A stretch of 63,473 bases of DNA, filler included, from Pelomyxa schiedti (lineage: Eukaryota; Protista; Evosea): NCBI GenBank assembly GCA_020536535.1. It is 13 parts of 13 records of this genome, joined end to end, with 100 filler letters (N's around TTAATTAATTAA, not from the genome) between each part and the next. Parts side by side here need not be neighbours in the genome. Positions count along the whole stretch, not along the records: positions 62,099 to 63,473 come from JAHLWZ010002560.1; 12 more parts are not named here. One strand, written 5' to 3'. Positions 62,099 to 63,473 of this stretch are shown piece by piece (the stretch's first letter is position 1; every line of letters starts with the position of its first letter). The notes beneath the pieces were generated by a model. It worked only from the letters and a program-made list of their open reading frames with translations. It was not told where the DNA came from and made no database searches. A program made the position numbers and the translations under genes.

Positions 62099-62510
62099 CG
62101 CCGGGGTATGTGCACGCGCCCCTTCCCTCCATCACACCGTCCCTCCACTCCCCGTCATACACGAGACCGCCCTCGGTTGTGTAAACCCCCCTCCCGTTTC
62201 TCTTGTAGTCCCTCACTTCGCCTTCGTAGACGGCTCCGTTGGCGTACCTGAATGTGCCCCGCCCTTCCATGTTGCCATTGACCCACGTCCCTTCGAAGAC
62301 GTTGCCGTTGGGCCACTGGTACACGCCATGGCCGTGCTGCTTGTCGTCGACCCAGTCGCCGTCGTAGACTCCTCCGCGTCCGAATATGTATCTTCCCCTG
62401 CCGTCCTTGAGGCCGTTCCTTGATTCCCCGTCATACACGTCACCGTCGCCGCCCTCGTACGTGTTCACTACCCACGTTCTTTTTCCTCCTCCTGCCCACG
62501 ACGCCCCCAT
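62099..62510 (-). CDS. MORN-repeat protein, partial
   Basis: Repeated YxGxWxxGxxxGxGxY motifs. Confidence 0.9.
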
Positions 62511-62522
62511 CCACCGTTAGTA

Positions 62523-62974
62523 GAGTAGCCCCTTAAAACCCAAGTCGGAAAAATAAATGCAAGTCGGAATTTTAAACTCGAGACGGAAAACTACAACCCA
62601 AGTCGGAGATAAGAGGTGTCTCCTGAGCGTTCTCGTACCCTCTCACTGTTTCTTTTTTCTTTTTCGTTTGAACCGAGGCATTTTCAATATTTAAAACAAC
62701 CGACTGCCTACGAAGACAGTGGAGCAAAGGCTTTTTCGTTTATTGATCAGAAACAAATGCCATAATGAAATAAACACCAGACCGTCGCGTTTGTTGACGG
62801 AACGTTTAATTAATTAGGTTGAGAACATAACAACAAAGAAAAAATAATTCTGTTCTGGTGATGCTGCCAAATTTTGATGGAGATTACCGGAAACCGAGGG
62901 TTAAAAATTCCGACTCGGTTTTTTTTTTCCGACTCGGGTTTTAGTTTTGTGTCTCGGTTTTTAAGGGGCTACTC
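62523..62974. mobile_element. MITE / non-autonomous TIR element (452 bp)
   Basis: TIRs GAGTAGCCCCTTAAAA...TTTTAAGGGGCTACTC, subterminal AGTCGGA repeats, TAGTA on both flanks. Confidence 0.85.
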
Positions 62975-63473
62975 TAGTAGTAATTGCACGCCGGATGCTG
63001 CTTGTTTCGCGAAGTCCCAACTTGGGGAGAATTCTCTTCCTTTTTTGGACCTGTTGATCTCAATGAGCGATGAACCAACACGACTCGGCAGCGATTGTGG
63101 CAACGCACAGGACTCTAACGCCACCACAACTCCCGACGACACGCTGCTCGTGATGCTGGACCACCGCCAGCTGTCGTTGCCTGCCGTAGTCGGTTCTGTG
63201 GGCGTAGTACTGGATCACACAACCGCGGCCACGACCACCAACAGCGGAACAAACGAGGACCGAACAGCAACCGCAACCACCACAACAGAAGCCAACACGG
63301 CGGACGGTATCAGTCACAGTCACAGTCACAGTCGGGGGAGCATAGATCCCTGCAGGGTGGCCTCTATTATGGTTTCGGTGATGCCGCCGCCATCGGCATC
63401 GCGGTCGCGGCCTAGCCGACACCCGCCGCCATCTGCCTCGGCCTCCTCGGCCTCAGCGTCGCGTTCATTACGT

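Overview
Intron-rich eukaryotic (protist) DNA. The gene-family style resembles an anaerobic amoebozoan such as Pelomyxa (my inference, not verified). The window is a pseudo-scaffold: contigs are joined by N-TTAATTAATTAA-N linkers and 100-N gaps. It is a fast-evolving accessory region of duplicated ankyrin-like genes, a lineage-specific N-terminal-motif family, TLDc copies, kinases, a Sel1-repeat pseudogene, importin-alpha, a tRNA-Ser gene and decayed Ty3/Gypsy, non-LTR, hAT-, piggyBac-, pogo- and Tc1-like elements plus a MITE. Main discovery: two paralogous ankyrin / coiled-coil / kinase genes (minus strand, 34250-38063 and 43818-48800) encode the beta-hairpin loop between two ankyrin repeats as a chain of phase-0 microexons, most of them one codon (3 nt) long. 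Part of the chain is a ~100-bp tandem array in which each unit is a complete intron (GTGYGT...TTCTGAC...CAG) plus one variable codon. Any subset of cassettes keeps the frame, so splicing and array turnover could generate a combinatorial library of ankyrin binding loops coupled to a kinase. All gene models were read by eye, and splicing is predicted, not observed.
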